DNA of 64,000 nucleotides. Source: Asterionella formosa (taxonomy: Eukaryota). The notes under the pieces were generated by a model. It ran no database searches, was not told the origin of the DNA, and saw only the letters and a list, made by a program, of their open reading frames with translations. Positions 23,185-35,600 of this stretch are shown here, piece by piece (within the stretch, counting starts at the first letter, position 1; each line of letters opens with the position of its first letter). The DNA lies in contig NKIB01013060.1 in assembly GCA_002256025.1 (NCBI GenBank), positions 1 through 64,000 of the forward strand, given 5' to 3'. The translations under genes were made by a program, and so were the position numbers.

Positions 23185-25647
23185 ATGTCTGAGGATACAA
23201 CTGATAAAATCGCCGACATGAGAGTCAGCGAGGGAGCAGTTGGTGCAGTGGAAGGTGAGAAGAAATTTGTCCTGGAAGGCCATGCAGTGCACGTTAGTCT
23301 CAGTCTAGTCTACTCAAACTCTATGGAGTAGTCTACCGGTACTCTAGTCTACACAGACTGTAACAACAATCGCCGAATCGATCTTGAGCTGACCCACCCG
23401 TCCTCCTTCCGTTTACAACTTATTTGAATTCCAGACAAGAAAGAAGCCAAACCAAAGCAATCGGCACTCACAACGAAAGAAGAGCGGCCCTGGACAGACG
23501 ACCTCCAACAAGACTACGACCGTATCTTGACGGTCGGCGAAGAGTGTATTTCAGAAGCCGAGCTTAGATCCCTACTCCTCGCGAAGGGACGTGGATCCAC
23601 TGGATTTAACTTGTACGATGGCTTTGAGCCGTCGGGGCGCATGCACATTGCGCAAGGTGTATTCAAGGCCATGAATGTCAACAAATGTACCGCGTCTGGA
23701 AGTAATGGAACCTTTGTCTTTTGGGTAGCGGATTGGTTTGCACTCATGAATGACAAGATGGGAGGAGATTTGGAAAAGATTAAGACGGTTGGACACTATT
23801 TGATTGAGGTATGGAAGGCGGCTGGGATGAATCTAGAGAATGTCGTCTTTAAATGGGCATCGGAAGAAATCACTGACAAGGCGGCTCAGTACTGGCCCAT
23901 TATGCTGGATGTAGCTCGCCGGTTCAATGTTACTAGAATCAAGAAATGCTGTCAAATTATGGGCCGTTTGGAAGGTGCTCTAACGTCGGCGCAAGTATTG
24001 TACCCGATTATGCAATGCACAGACGTCTTTTTCCTCAAGGCGGATATTTGTCAGTTGGGTGTCGATCAGCGCAAGGTCAATATGCTGGCACGAGAATACT
24101 GTGATTACGCAAATATCAAGAGAAAGCCGGTCATTTTGTCTCATCACATGTTGTATGGACTTAAGGCTGGACAAGAAAAGATGAGCAAGAGTGATCCTGA
24201 TTCGGCAGTCTTCATGGAGGATACTGCTCAAGATGTTGAGCGCAAAATTATGAACGCATTCTGTCCGACAAAAGAGCAGGAATCAACATCTACTCAAGAA
24301 GAACCAGCTGACGCAGGCAAAGCTTCGATGCAACTAAAAGAGGATAAATTGAAAAATCCATGCTTGGACTATATTCAGAATATTATCTTTTCACCACCTG
24401 GAGCTACTTTTACTTGTGGTGGTACAACCTATACTGACTTTCAAATTGTTCGGTCTGATTTTGTCAATGGTGCCATTTCTGAAGAACAACTCAAGGTCGG
24501 ATTGATCACTGAACTCAATCAACTGTTGGAACCGGTTCGACAGCACTTTTCAAACGACGAATATGCGAAGAATCTGTTGGCTCAAATGATACAATTCAAA
24601 AAAGATGAAGCCACTTCTACCACTGCAAAGAAGATTCGAAGGCTCGATCTGGTTTCTTTGAAAAAGGTACCCGCTGGCAGTCACATGGTGTTTGCCAATC
24701 TTCCGACGGCAACGCCATCTTTGCAAGATGCTGTATCAATTCTTTCGCAGCTTCAAGTCGGCGGAAGCCAACCGAAAGTACTTTACTTATGCGATTGGAC
24801 TGCCAGAGTCTGCAATGCATGTGATGCAGATATAAAGGCTATCGCATCGTTTTACTCAGTGTTGTTAACGTCTCTAAGTGCCCTGGAACCTGAGTTGATG
24901 AAGTCAGTCACTGTTGTTCATCAAAGTAATGCAATCTTGGCTGACCCGTCGAACTATTGGATTTCGGTAATTAATGTTGGACGGCACTTTATGCTCAACC
25001 AAGTGATGGGATCGGAAATGAAAGATGCAGATGGTGTTGGTATTGTGATCGGACGCTTGATGAAGGTTGCTGATGTCATGGGGGTTGATCCAGTGACATT
25101 GTGTATGCCAGGTAATGAAGCATCGACTGTGGAATCGACTTTGATTACCCAATTTTACAGTGCCAAACTGGAAGGCATGGTTGCTCCTACGGTGGTTATT
25201 GAAAGCGGTCCTATTTTGATGTTGCAGAAACGAGAGGAAGTTGCTCACGTTTCTGAAAATGACGAGTATTATTTGCTTGATGACCCAAAGGTGAATGGGA
25301 AGTCCAAGATGAAGAAAGCATTTTGCGAACCAGGCAATATTGAATATTGCCCTCCCATTGCTGTTGTTTGCGCATTTTGTTTTGGATATTCCCATGATAG
25401 TACTGGGGAATTGCTGATTCGACGATCAGATGACAATGGTGGAGACGTCACTTACACAAAAATGAGTGAGATTGAGGCCGATTTTCAGTCGGGGGCCTTG
25501 CATCCTGGTGATTTGAAGGAAGCGGCTTCAAATAAAATGGTCGAAGTTCTCGAGAAGATATCGGCTTCCATCAAGGCTGATGGAGACGCAACCAAGGCAG
25601 GAAAGGCTCTCAAGGCATGCGCCAAGAAAATTGCCAAGAAGAAATAG
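23185..25647 (+). CDS. TyrRS: Cytosolic tyrosyl-tRNA synthetase, double-length pseudo-dimer type; probable intron 23255-23434
   Basis: YDGFEPSGRMHIAQG, YPIMQCTD, QLGVDQRKVNMLAREY and KMSKS in the N-half; degenerate second copy (DWTA, KMKKAFCEPGN, LHPGDLK) lacking HIAQ/KMSKS. Phase-1 GTGAGA...CAG intron links the upstream ATG. Confidence 0.93.
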
Positions 25648-26679
25648 TTCACATCTTCGTAGTTATTAGCTACTAAATCCTTTTCTTTTTCCTCAATTCA
25701 TGCCCACGATCTCGTTAATTTCTCAATTTTTGAGAGGACGAGGCTTAGATCTGTTCCCTTACTCAATGAATAGTACCCACGTTTCGGTTCGCCTAAAGAA
25801 TAGCCGCTTATGTCCCATGGTCTGTAAGCATCTTCCATATGTAGAGCATGTTTTCAACCAAGGAATAAAATGATTCATGGTTCTGTGTGCCTGGTACTAT
25901 GTAGGTAATGCAAAGGTGCTTTTGTGATTATAGCAACTGAAGTAACTTTGACACAATTACCATTTCGTCTTTCTCCATCTGTAGACTGAGTAGGTGCATA
26001 AGGATTCTTTAGGAATAACGATAATACAAACAAAGGATACTAGAATAGCATGCCAAAAATTAAAGCTAAATATCGTAAATGGCTTTTGAGTTCATAGCTA
26101 AAATAATGATTGCACCCCATTCCCGAAATCCGGGTTCGGTCCATGTCCTTCTTCCGGGTTCTGCAGCAGTCAAGTTGCGCTTAGCTTTGGGAGGGACTTA
26201 GGGTAGGTGATTTAGACTATAAATTGCAAAAGGCTTGGTGATGCTTTAGACTGCTTCTCTGAATTTGCTTCAAAGAATTGTGCACTTCCCCCCTTGCATT
26301 CCTCTACTGCAAATAACTTAGCATGGTTGCTGTCTTCTCCCCTTGTCTTAGCTGCTGACTCTTGATTGTTCGATTTAACTCTTAAAAGCTAGACCTTAAT
26401 AGTCGCATTGTTGCTATATTGATGTCTCAGCTTCAACTCCTTTGATTCAAAATGCGAGATTATTTGTAGTACTGGGCTCGTTTGGCATGGCCCCATCGTG
26501 TCCGTCCTTTTCTGTAATATTAAATATAAAAACTACCGTACGCAGGGGCCACAAATTATGATCACCATTTCCGTTTTTCGCATGGTGATGCCATGCACGG
26601 CATTGTTGGCCACAAAATCTGTTCTTGGTGGGACTGTAGTACGTACTTGTACTTGGCTGAAGTTTATTACCACCCCCCC

Positions 26680-26830
26680 GTACTACCGGTAGTTGCGGAG
26701 TGCGGAGTACTCCGTTCCTGGTAGGAAAACCAGTTCCAAGGTACTCCCGGTACCAGGTAGTATCTGGTTAATACCTGGGTACTGGTACCAGGTACATACT
26801 TCATATCGGGGGTAAGACCGGTACGGAGTA
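26680..26830. other. TA-flanked micro-motif cluster (TACCGGTA, GGAGTACTCC, TACGGAGTA)
   Basis: TACTACCGGTAG, CGGAGTACTCCG, CCGGTACCAGGTAGTA, TACTGGTACCAGGTA, CCGGTACGGAGTA. Confidence 0.8.
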
Positions 26831-26973
26831 GCAAATAAATATTAGTTTACGCCTGCCTTTTATCAGCCCGCTCATATCGAAATTCCAATGACCTTGCTCA
26901 TGCATCCATACTCCAAACTCTGGACTCCAAGTAACGACGAGAGAGAATCAACGAGATTCTGAGCAGATGAGAA

Positions 26974-27789
26974 ATGAGTGAAGACAGTAAGGATACTAAA
27001 AAGGAACCTCGGTTCAGGACTCTGGAGAGGCTAAAGGTTGAGAAAGAGCGCCTAAATGAAAAGACGTACAGGGCACTCTACACCGAACTCTTGCAAAAGC
27101 ACAAGGGTGTCTTGGCAGCAGTTGCGAAGGAGGATTCTGCTGATTTCGAGGAAGAAAGAAAGTTGATATCCAAAGCTTTAAAATCGGAAAAGGTTGCAAT
27201 TTTCGCTGGCTTTGCTGTCGGCCTCACTGTCTTTGTTTCGCTTCGTATTTTCCCTAGGATGTTTGTTCGAAAATACGGCGGAGAGGCGAAGATTAAAGCC
27301 CTGGAACAAGCTGACGAAATTTCAAAAAATACTGTTCATGGAGTGATAAAAGAGATGCTGGGAATTCTAGTTGAGGGATCGTTCGCAATCTGGGCTGGTA
27401 CACGGGGCTACAATGCGGTATCGGAACTGTCGGGAGATACATTTGAACTGATCGCCGGGATTCCTCTCGTGGGTGGCAGGAGTATCGTTGCAGAAAATCT
27501 ATGCAAGGAATGGATCGAGATATCACACGAGAGAATTCCAACTAGTTTCTGGGAGAACGTGCAAGCCGGAAACCTCAAGAGCCCAAACACATGGAGGGCC
27601 ATCCAGAAGGTTTGTGATAACTGTGTCAAACGTGATTTTTATGAGAAACAAATACGGAACGAAAGGACGCTACGAGATAACGATCCGGTTTCACTGCCAA
27701 GGAGTGTCCCAGAAAACATTCTTTCTGCCACTTCTATACCATTGACAGGAGATGAGGCACGGCAATTGACAACCGATACCAGTTCGTAG
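26974..27789 (+). CDS. Hypothetical membrane protein
   Basis: 271-aa ORF with TM segments (AIFAGFAVGLTVFVSL) and IPLVGGRSIVAENLC motif. Confidence 0.78.
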   Translation: MSEDSKDTKKEPRFRTLERLKVEKERLNEKTYRALYTELLQKHKGVLAAVAKEDSADFEEERKLISKALKSEKVAIFAGFAVGLTVFVSLRIFPRMFVRKYGGEAKIKALEQADEISKNTVHGVIKEMLGILVEGSFAIWAGTRGYNAVSELSGDTFELIAGIPLVGGRSIVAENLCKEWIEISHERIPTSFWENVQAGNLKSPNTWRAIQKVCDNCVKRDFYEKQIRNERTLRDNDPVSLPRSVPENILSATSIPLTGDEARQLTTDTSS

Positions 27790-28769
27790 AAAAAATTTCA
27801 ATCACAAAATACGATAGGATTCATTATGCGGCATGTGTGCATGTGTTGCATCAGTCCCATACATATGCATTACATATGATGGAAATACTGGTGAAGGTTT
27901 AGGTATGTTAAAAGCTTCATACTCCTTCCCATCTGATGGGTATCTCCTAACAAAGAACTTACATGTTGTAGTACTTATACCTATTTTTGCTAGGCTTCTT
28001 ACTAGTTTTCACTATTGACCTTTCTCTGTCAATTCTCACTGTTTCTTAAATTAATATGTTTACTATCAAAGCCTAGTTTCAATCCATTTCATTGTAATTT
28101 GAGAACCTGTTCTTTGTGTTCCCTTTTCATTGATGCAAACCTGCTTCTGATTGACCTGAAACATCAATCTCATTAGCTCGTTTCTTGACATGGGAATGCA
28201 CCATTTGATTCATCCATCAAGTCCACAATTATTGTGACTCATAATAGCCACTGATACTATGCATATTCTTGACATCCTCCTCATTACAATGTCCAAGAAG
28301 CTCCAAAATAGTTGAGTACTGTCCAGTACATATGCAGACAATCTCATATGAATTTGTTCCTTGACATTCTTAGCACTTTTGTTAAGTTTTATGTGGTACT
28401 TGGTCCCTTAAATGAACAATTTAATCCAAGATAAAGAAAGCTAAATCTTTAGATGAGCAAAATTACCAAAATTTGCTGGTTCTCCCGAGTCCGGAGTACT
28501 GCTGGCTGGTAGTTAGGCTGTAACTTATTGTTGACACAAGTACACAGCATTTGGGCCATTAGTCGTGCCATCTTTTGTGTCGCGCCAGGCATTCTTGTGT
28601 ACCGGCGTGTCGGCCATCTTAACACCAAATAGTTGTATTGTATTTCAAATACAAATACATTAGTATTGTATTTATATACTTTTCACCAGCAGTCTTCTTG
28701 TCGATGAATACTCATCTTCATTGACTAGGACGACATCGCCTGTTCAAATCCCAAGGTCTTGTCGCTTGT

Positions 28770-30073
28770 ATGAACAACACAACTGATTTGAATAGTAAAC
28801 AGGATGGCTGTTCAAAGGGAATATTGTGCCGGCTGATCAATTCATGCTGTGCAACAGGCGCAACAGTTGCATCAGACACAACAGCCAGCACAAGTGCCAA
28901 AACTCCCAATTTCCGACTTGCTTTCCCTACGGCTTTCGTTGTTGTTGCAGCTCCGTTGGATGACATGTCCTCCATGTATTCTTCTATGTCAGACCAATCT
29001 CCATTGACGCTTACTGTCCCAGCTGAGCCTACTGAAAATGATTTCATTGATAACTATGATTTGGATGGAAATGATAATGACTATTCATTGTCGGAAAAAA
29101 TCGTTCACTTCCTTGGTGGATACATCGCCCCTGAACATTGGCTAGCCTGCAAAGCTGTTTTGGTCTTTCATGCTGGCTCGAAAACCAGCAAGCTTGCATC
29201 ATCTATGAACAAAACAGCAAAAGTGATGGCTTGTTTATTGGCATATAAGCAGGCGATTGCAGCATTAGACTCTATCCATTTTTCGGTTGAATCCCGGAAA
29301 TATTGTCCTTGCTCCTTTAAGAAAAAGGATGAACCAATGACCTCTGAAACTCTTTACCGATACTATTTGGATTCAAGGAGCAAGATGAGGTGTGCTGTTA
29401 TCCCTTTGTTGCCAGTAAATTTTGTATCTATGACGAGTGGCAAGGGCTTCCACGACACAAGAGTTCAGAAAGGAATTGGTCTTGAACAGCAAGCTGAGCC
29501 TAGTCCCTCAGGAAATCGAAAACGAGCTACCTCCCCAATTCTGGGAATACAAGAAGCAAGAGCCCATGGTATCGTGCATTGACAGTTAAAAAATTTCGCA
29601 GGGACCCACAGTTTACACCCAATGTTGTAGAGGTGCTTGGCGATGCAAGCAACATTCAACTCTTGCGAGCAGCTCGAAAGCGTTAAGACCAGAAACATCG
29701 TCAGCAGAAGTATGAAGATGATTGTGTGGATCGCAAATCTAGGAAAATCAAGCATGAAAATACCTTGAGTAAACAAAGCATGTGGGCAAAGCTACATGCA
29801 GCAAAAGCTTTGGAAGAGACTGCTAATGTGTTGCGTCAACAGGGCCAGCTTGATGACCTAGTAGAGAAAACCTTGAAATTGTTGGACAGGATGAAGTCAA
29901 CAATTACTGATTCAGAATTAACTTCTCGAGTGCGAGCTGTGTTCAAAGCAATGCCAAACCCACAAACTTACAAGGCAGATGTTCACGTGATAATTGTTGA
30001 TGATGGGGACCAAGAGAATAGGTCACAGATTATAGAAGTCTGGGATCCCAAGGATGTTAATGATAAAGATTAA
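28770..30073 (+). pseudogene. Disrupted ORF, probably a transposon accessory protein (PIF/Harbinger ORF1-like)
   Basis: Two consecutive ORFs (28770-29582, 29726-30073) in AT-rich TE-like context. A convergent degenerate acidic reading frame on the minus strand at ~30150-30540 resembles a transposase N-terminus. No convincing TIR found. Confidence 0.35.
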
Positions 30074-31410
30074 GTTAATAAACTATTAATACTAGTTTGT
30101 ACATAGTTATATTATCTGACTGGAAATGGTTCATCAATGCCTGAGTGCAAGCTAGCCACTGCCTTTCCATATCAGGACTATTTACTCTGTCTGCTAATGC
30201 CGCCTCGAAGGTATCATCATTGCACTCATCATGTATCCATAGACCATTGCCCCTTGGATCATTAGTAATATTTTTTTAGTCATGCCTTCACTTGTTCCAC
30301 TTGGATAGTTGGGTAGATCACTGCTGAGGTATCCAACTTTTCGAATGTGTTGTCCTCTCCAGAAGAGAGTGATGACAAGAGTATGCTGTCATCATCACTG
30401 TTGTCCTTGTCCCCCTCATCCTGGTCACTTTCATGAATGATGGAAATAGCTGCATTATAGAGATTGACGCCAATTGATTCAGCAAGCTTTTTGCTTGCGT
30501 TGCTGCCTCCTGCCAGTAGAGAAACAGATGATGGAATGGTGGGCTAGGACATAAGATGTTTGGAGAAGAGGCAACTCAGTGAAATGAAGCAACAATCATG
30601 AATGCAATGGCAACAACAGCAGATGCAACAACAAATTCTGTACTAAAGTACCGATAAGTGTATCAACTATACTACAAACATATATATACTAACACGCAGG
30701 AACACAAAATTTCTACTAGTCATGTTAGTCTAAAGCTAAAATCGAATATTCTATTTGATTCTTGTGTGGCCACACAAGAAATATGGTCGGTTGTGCTGTG
30801 TATTGTATTGGATAAGGTGACGCACACAATGAAATTTGATACACAGACACACAAAAAGCACGTATGTGTCTGTATTTGTGTTACGCTAAGAAATAGCGTT
30901 ACCAGGTACCCTATAAGTAGCCGGTTCGATTTACACGGGATCGTACGAGAAAATCGTAGGAATCGCCACAATTATTTTCAACCGCCAGATGGAGTAGCAG
31001 GTACTAGGGTAGACAGTAGGTAGGAGTACCGGTAGAAGGTACCGATGTTTGTTGTGAATTGCATACCGGTACCGATATATTGCTTGAAAAACCAACATTG
31101 CACTTACTGAAATACCAACATTGGATCTATTGAAAAACCAAGCTTACATCACTTTTTGTCGGATGAGCAGAAGGCAAAAGATGTCTGGATCTATGTATAG
31201 CACACTTACGCACGAATGCGAACCTTTATTTTCGACGAAATGGGACGAGTGGAATTGATAGTACATCAAAGCCAGCGTCACAAGTAGAAGGGCGCGACAA
31301 ATATAGTCAAGCAGACGACACTAGGAATTCGAAAAATTTGAAATGAAATTGTTAGTGATGCAGTTCACCAACTTCTGATTATAATTAGCTGCCTCGATTA
31401 CTTCAACGTA

Positions 31411-32178
31411 TCACCCAAGTACTTGTTTAGGACTATCAGTATTCAGCCCTAATATTTCTTTGTTCTTGGTCAGAAATGCCACCCACTCGCTCCAATGTTC
31501 TCGCCTGGCGTAACAAAAGGGTGAATGCCCTCGTACGTCTTTCACAAATAGCAGTTCGGGCCCAACGGCCTCCAGCAGAAGCTCCATAACTTCAAAGTTG
31601 GGAGTCGACGTCCAACACGCATCGTGCATTGGTGTCCGACCATAATCGTCTCGAACATTGACTTTGACGTCCTTGCAGGACAGCATGAACTTCACGATGT
31701 TGACATCCCCCCTCCGACAGGCCATATGCATCAGTGATTCTCCAAACTGATTGCATGCATTCATAGTTTGCCCACCTTGGTGTAATTCCTTGAGTTTCTG
31801 TAGGTTGCAGTTCCGAATGGCTGAGACGACTTGAATATCGTATGCAGCTAGTTCTTCGTCGGTGGGTTTGGAAAAGCTGTCGTAGTATTTGAACGAAATA
31901 CTGTCGGATTTAACAATCGATTGAAGAAATGACAATGGTGAGACTGTTTCTGTGCTCAGCGTGGTCAAAGGATGTGTAACTTTCATGGAGGTAGACGCGA
32001 TAACACGAGGACGGATGTTAGAACGTGTAAATGTGGTCGTTGTAAAAGTTTTTCTCTGTTTCTTTGTCAATTCATGATCTAATAATAAGGAAATGCCGCC
32101 GATATCGGGTTTTATTCGCTTCAATGATACTTCAACAACTACAGACGGAGTAGATAGTGGGAGTGGTTTCGTTGACAT
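31411..32178 (-). CDS. Ankyrin-repeat protein (diatom family)
   Basis: CNQFGESLMHMACRRG, DDYGRTPMHDACW and DVRGHSPFCYAR; start codon uncertain (32178 or up to 32301). Confidence 0.88.
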   Translation of the reverse strand: MSTKPLPLSTPSVVVEVSLKRIKPDIGGISLLLDHELTKKQRKTFTTTTFTRSNIRPRVIASTSMKVTHPLTTLSTETVSPLSFLQSIVKSDSISFKYYDSFSKPTDEELAAYDIQVVSAIRNCNLQKLKELHQGGQTMNACNQFGESLMHMACRRGDVNIVKFMLSCKDVKVNVRDDYGRTPMHDACWTSTPNFEVMELLLEAVGPELLFVKDVRGHSPFCYARREHWSEWVAFLTKNKEILGLNTDSPKQVLG

Positions 32179-32339
32179 GCTGCTACAGTGGAGCTCCAAT
32201 TTTTCAGAAGGGGAAATATAATGCGAATAGTCATACATGAAAGATAATGATTTGAAAAAGTTTCGCCTGATGGCCAAATGCGCGAAATGCATATGTAGCA
32301 TTATTGAGAGTGAATCATCTTCGCTCGGATACAGACATG

Positions 32340-32500
32340 ATACTAGAGTACCAGGTACCAGGTGCTCCGAGTACTAGGGAGAACCTGGTACCAGGTACCA
32401 GGTGCCAGTATACCTGGACCTCCTTCTTTGTAACCAGCTGTTTTAAAGCAAAATATGAGATGTGGTGACCATCCGGTTTACTATGTACCGGTAGGTGCGG
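32340..32500. other. TA-flanked micro-motif cluster upstream of the ankyrin gene
   Basis: GTACCAGGTACCAGGT, CCTGGTACCAGGTACCAGGT, TACCGGTAGG. Confidence 0.8.
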
Positions 32501-33106
32501 TAACAGCCGGTTCAAATTACCACGTCCTTCTTTCCGGCAAGCAGCTGCTTTCATGTTCCTTGACTACGTACGGGCAGCAAACAGGCTCTCATCAACAATT
32601 TACTGCAATTACCGGTATGTGTTTAGAATATATGTGACGATGATGATGATGAGAATGCAACCTTTAAACGCAAAACAACATCATTTTCAGTCGCTGACGT
32701 GTTGAAGTGCGAATACGTCATATGCACTGTGTAATTTGCGGGAATTCAGTAATTTAGCTCAATTTGACTTATAGTAAAAACTGTCGTTTACCACAACTTG
32801 GTTTGATGTCGTGGGTTCTTCCGACAGTTCACATCAGCCATATGATAAATTGTGAGTCGTGGGTAGAAAACGGTTTGCTGACATCCGGCGAATGGTCATT
32901 TTTCGTCCTGCCTCCGGTGTACTTTTTACATATGTGCGTACGTACCTAGCACAGAAGCTCTTCTCGTTACGGAGAGGATTCGGATGCCAGGGCAATATCA
33001 ACTAGATTTTTACACTTTTAGTCTGATGTATGCTAAATATATATATTGCTTTTATTGCGGTCAGAAAAGGAAAAATTACCCCTCAGCAAATAGCGTCGTT
33101 AAAGAA

Positions 33107-34380
33107 ACTCTCTCGATTTTGACTTTAACTGGTAACCCTTTCGTATGGTGGTTCTCCAACTGCCCTTGGCAATAGGCACCCAGAGAAGGGTTACCAGTTA
33201 AGGTTAAGGCCCCGCAGTTACAAATTGCGAGGTCCTTTTTTCCCAAAATATTTTTATGAGTTACGTCAATAAACACATCACGTACAAGTAAATAAAATAG
33301 TTAAAGGTAAAACGAGATTTCACCATTATAACCACTTGGCATATGTTTAGATACTGTCATTGCTCGACTTAGGGGTATGATCTATTTACAGATATGGTAA
33401 GAACCCCATTTCTGGAGAGAAGTGGCAGTTATGTATCATAGATTTGTAACTACCGCAAAACTAGTCCAAAAAGGGGCTACGAAGCTTTTCAAAAAATCTA
33501 CGATACATAACTGCCACTTCTCTCCAGAAGTTAACTCCTGACGTTATAGGGTCGTACATGGCTATCTATTTTAATCGTCATGAAACCCCGTAGATGTAGA
33601 GCAATCCTCTTCCAAAAAGTTGACCCAATCGGCTTTTTCAACAATCGCCAAAATATTGGAATCAGAATTAGTACGTGCAAAAACGTTCTCGTAGACTTAG
33701 AGTCTTGCGTAGGTATGCTTTGCTAAATAATTCGTTGTCCGAAAAGACTCCAGGGTAAGTTCCCGCGTCACTAAACATATTCTGATTGGTTGAATTGAAT
33801 TTACTCACCTGCTCCAGATTGGCTGGAGTATCCCAGTCTTGTAAAATTACGCCTACATACTTGAGCCACATGTATTAGATGCTCCTTGTACTACCGGTAC
33901 CTGGTAGGTAAAATAAGTAGTACCGGTATCAGGTAGTACCCTGGTACACCGTTACTCCGGTATTGGTTTATATACCGGTATGTGCCTTGCTTTGAGTGTA
34001 GAGTAGTACCGGTTTGCCTTTTGGGGCTAGAGTAATATTAAATCTACATGCAGCAACAAAGATTCAATATAAACAGATAAAAAATATCATGAGTATACAT
34101 TTAGGCATACTCCTGATTTAAATATGTGTTTTGGCGTGGAACAAAATTATGTCTACATTCAGCAATAAACGTTTAAATATCATTTTCGTTTGTTTAAAAT
34201 GGAACTCTATCTATCTGGTGCCGACTCCTATTTAATTCAAATATTCAAATGGACACTCGAATCATGGGAACTCATAGCAGCAAACTCCCTGTTCCATGCC
34301 GATTTTACAACCCTAGTGACGTTTTCTCCAAACTAGGGTTAAGCCGAGGGCCGCAACCTTAAAGTCAATATTGAGAAAGT
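33107..34380. repeat. 34-bp inverted repeat interrupted by Kolobok MITE insertion
   Basis: Left arm 33107-33140. Right arm = 33186-33201 + 34363-34380 after removing the MITE and one TTAA; 31/34 complementary. Confidence 0.85.
33202..34358. mobile_element. Non-autonomous Kolobok-type transposon, copy B (inverted relative to 12816-13945)
   Basis: Termini GGTTAAGGCCCCG / CGAGGGCCGCAACC, TTAA on both sides, colinear with the reverse complement of copy A. Confidence 0.88.
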
Positions 34381-35349
34381 TAGAAATTGCCTCTAAAACG
34401 TCGTCGTCAGCATTTGCGAAAAGGGGCCATTTGAAATTTTCTTTAAGTAAAAAAATGTTTTATTAGCTTATGATCAATCCGTCGTCTATTGTAGTTCATT
34501 AAAAAGACATCTCCATTGATACCAGTCCATTAGGAGGCATTCTTGCTCAGAGATACTTCTGCAGCGTTTTTCGATGCTGGCTGGTGCCTTGATAGAAGCC
34601 GCCCTCTCTGGCACTTTATTGAAGCAAGTACTCAATTGAGGAAATGGAAAGTTGCCCAAAATCTTGATGTCATCTTCGGTCTCATCGTTGTAACTGTTGA
34701 TTGTTATTTGCACTTAAGTCCTGTCGTTTCTCTTGTAAGCACAGTGGATGATGCAGTGTGGAGATGGAAGGGCAGGGTAAATGACTTGATGGGGGGCATC
34801 GACTGGAGGCAGGAAGAAACAGTTATAGTCAACTACTATCAGCCACATGTGACATGGTCGATTTCAAGGAATCATGAGACAGCATTAAAAAAATCATAAA
34901 AGAATTATTCTAAAAACACTAATTTTGACATCGAAAAATGAAGTTGCCATGGCGCATTTTTCATGTAATTAAGAAATGCACATTTTTTAAAATGGCGATG
35001 GTTCAAGCAGATTTGACACTAGTATGCATACAGTAAAAGCACAACAGACCATTCAAAGAATAATCGAAAAACATGATTAATTGAAGCAAGAGATGTGAAA
35101 TAAGTTATTAATTAACTAATAATTGGTTGATTGCATCTGCATCGGCAATTTGTGTAATTGTACATCTAAGAAGCAATTTACAAGTTCTCTTTCAAATTTA
35201 TGTCTATAGTGAAATTTTTATGCTACTTTTCTAAAATATTGTGCTCAAACCAAACTTTATGTGTTCTAAAACAAAGTTTTTTCTACTTATCAAATAATTT
35301 CAAGATGACACCAAGAAAATAATTTTCTGTTTTATAGCCCATCAAGTAG

Positions 35350-35600
35350 TCATTGTGCTACTATCTGCCAACAAGACCTTTGCTTCCATACTAGTTTTGT
35401 TAGTAGCGTTGGTGACAACCCATTCACCTTCTGCAAAAGGTGATTATCTTAGCCACAGCGTTAGGGGAAACTCCAACTGCCTAGGAAGGCGGCAAAAGCT
35501 GCTTGTAGGGGGGTGGAGCAAACCGACTCTTTTAGGGAATCGAGCCACACAACTTCAGATCAAAGACAACGAGCTCAACCAACTACTGTATGCCATTCCC
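35350..35600 (-). mobile_element. tRNA-derived SINE-like element, copy 2
   Basis: Reverse strand reads TAGTTGGTTGAGCTCGTTGTCTTTGATCTGAAGTTGTGTGGCTCGATTCCC, then the body shared with 1440-1610 (GCCGCCTTC.TAGGCAGTT.GA.TTTCCCCTAACGCTG.GGCTAAGA...ACTAACAAAACTAG). Confidence 0.6.

Noticed and set aside
26474..26495. PIF-like TIR GGGCTCGTTTGGCATGG
   Set aside because: No matching opposite terminus found in the window
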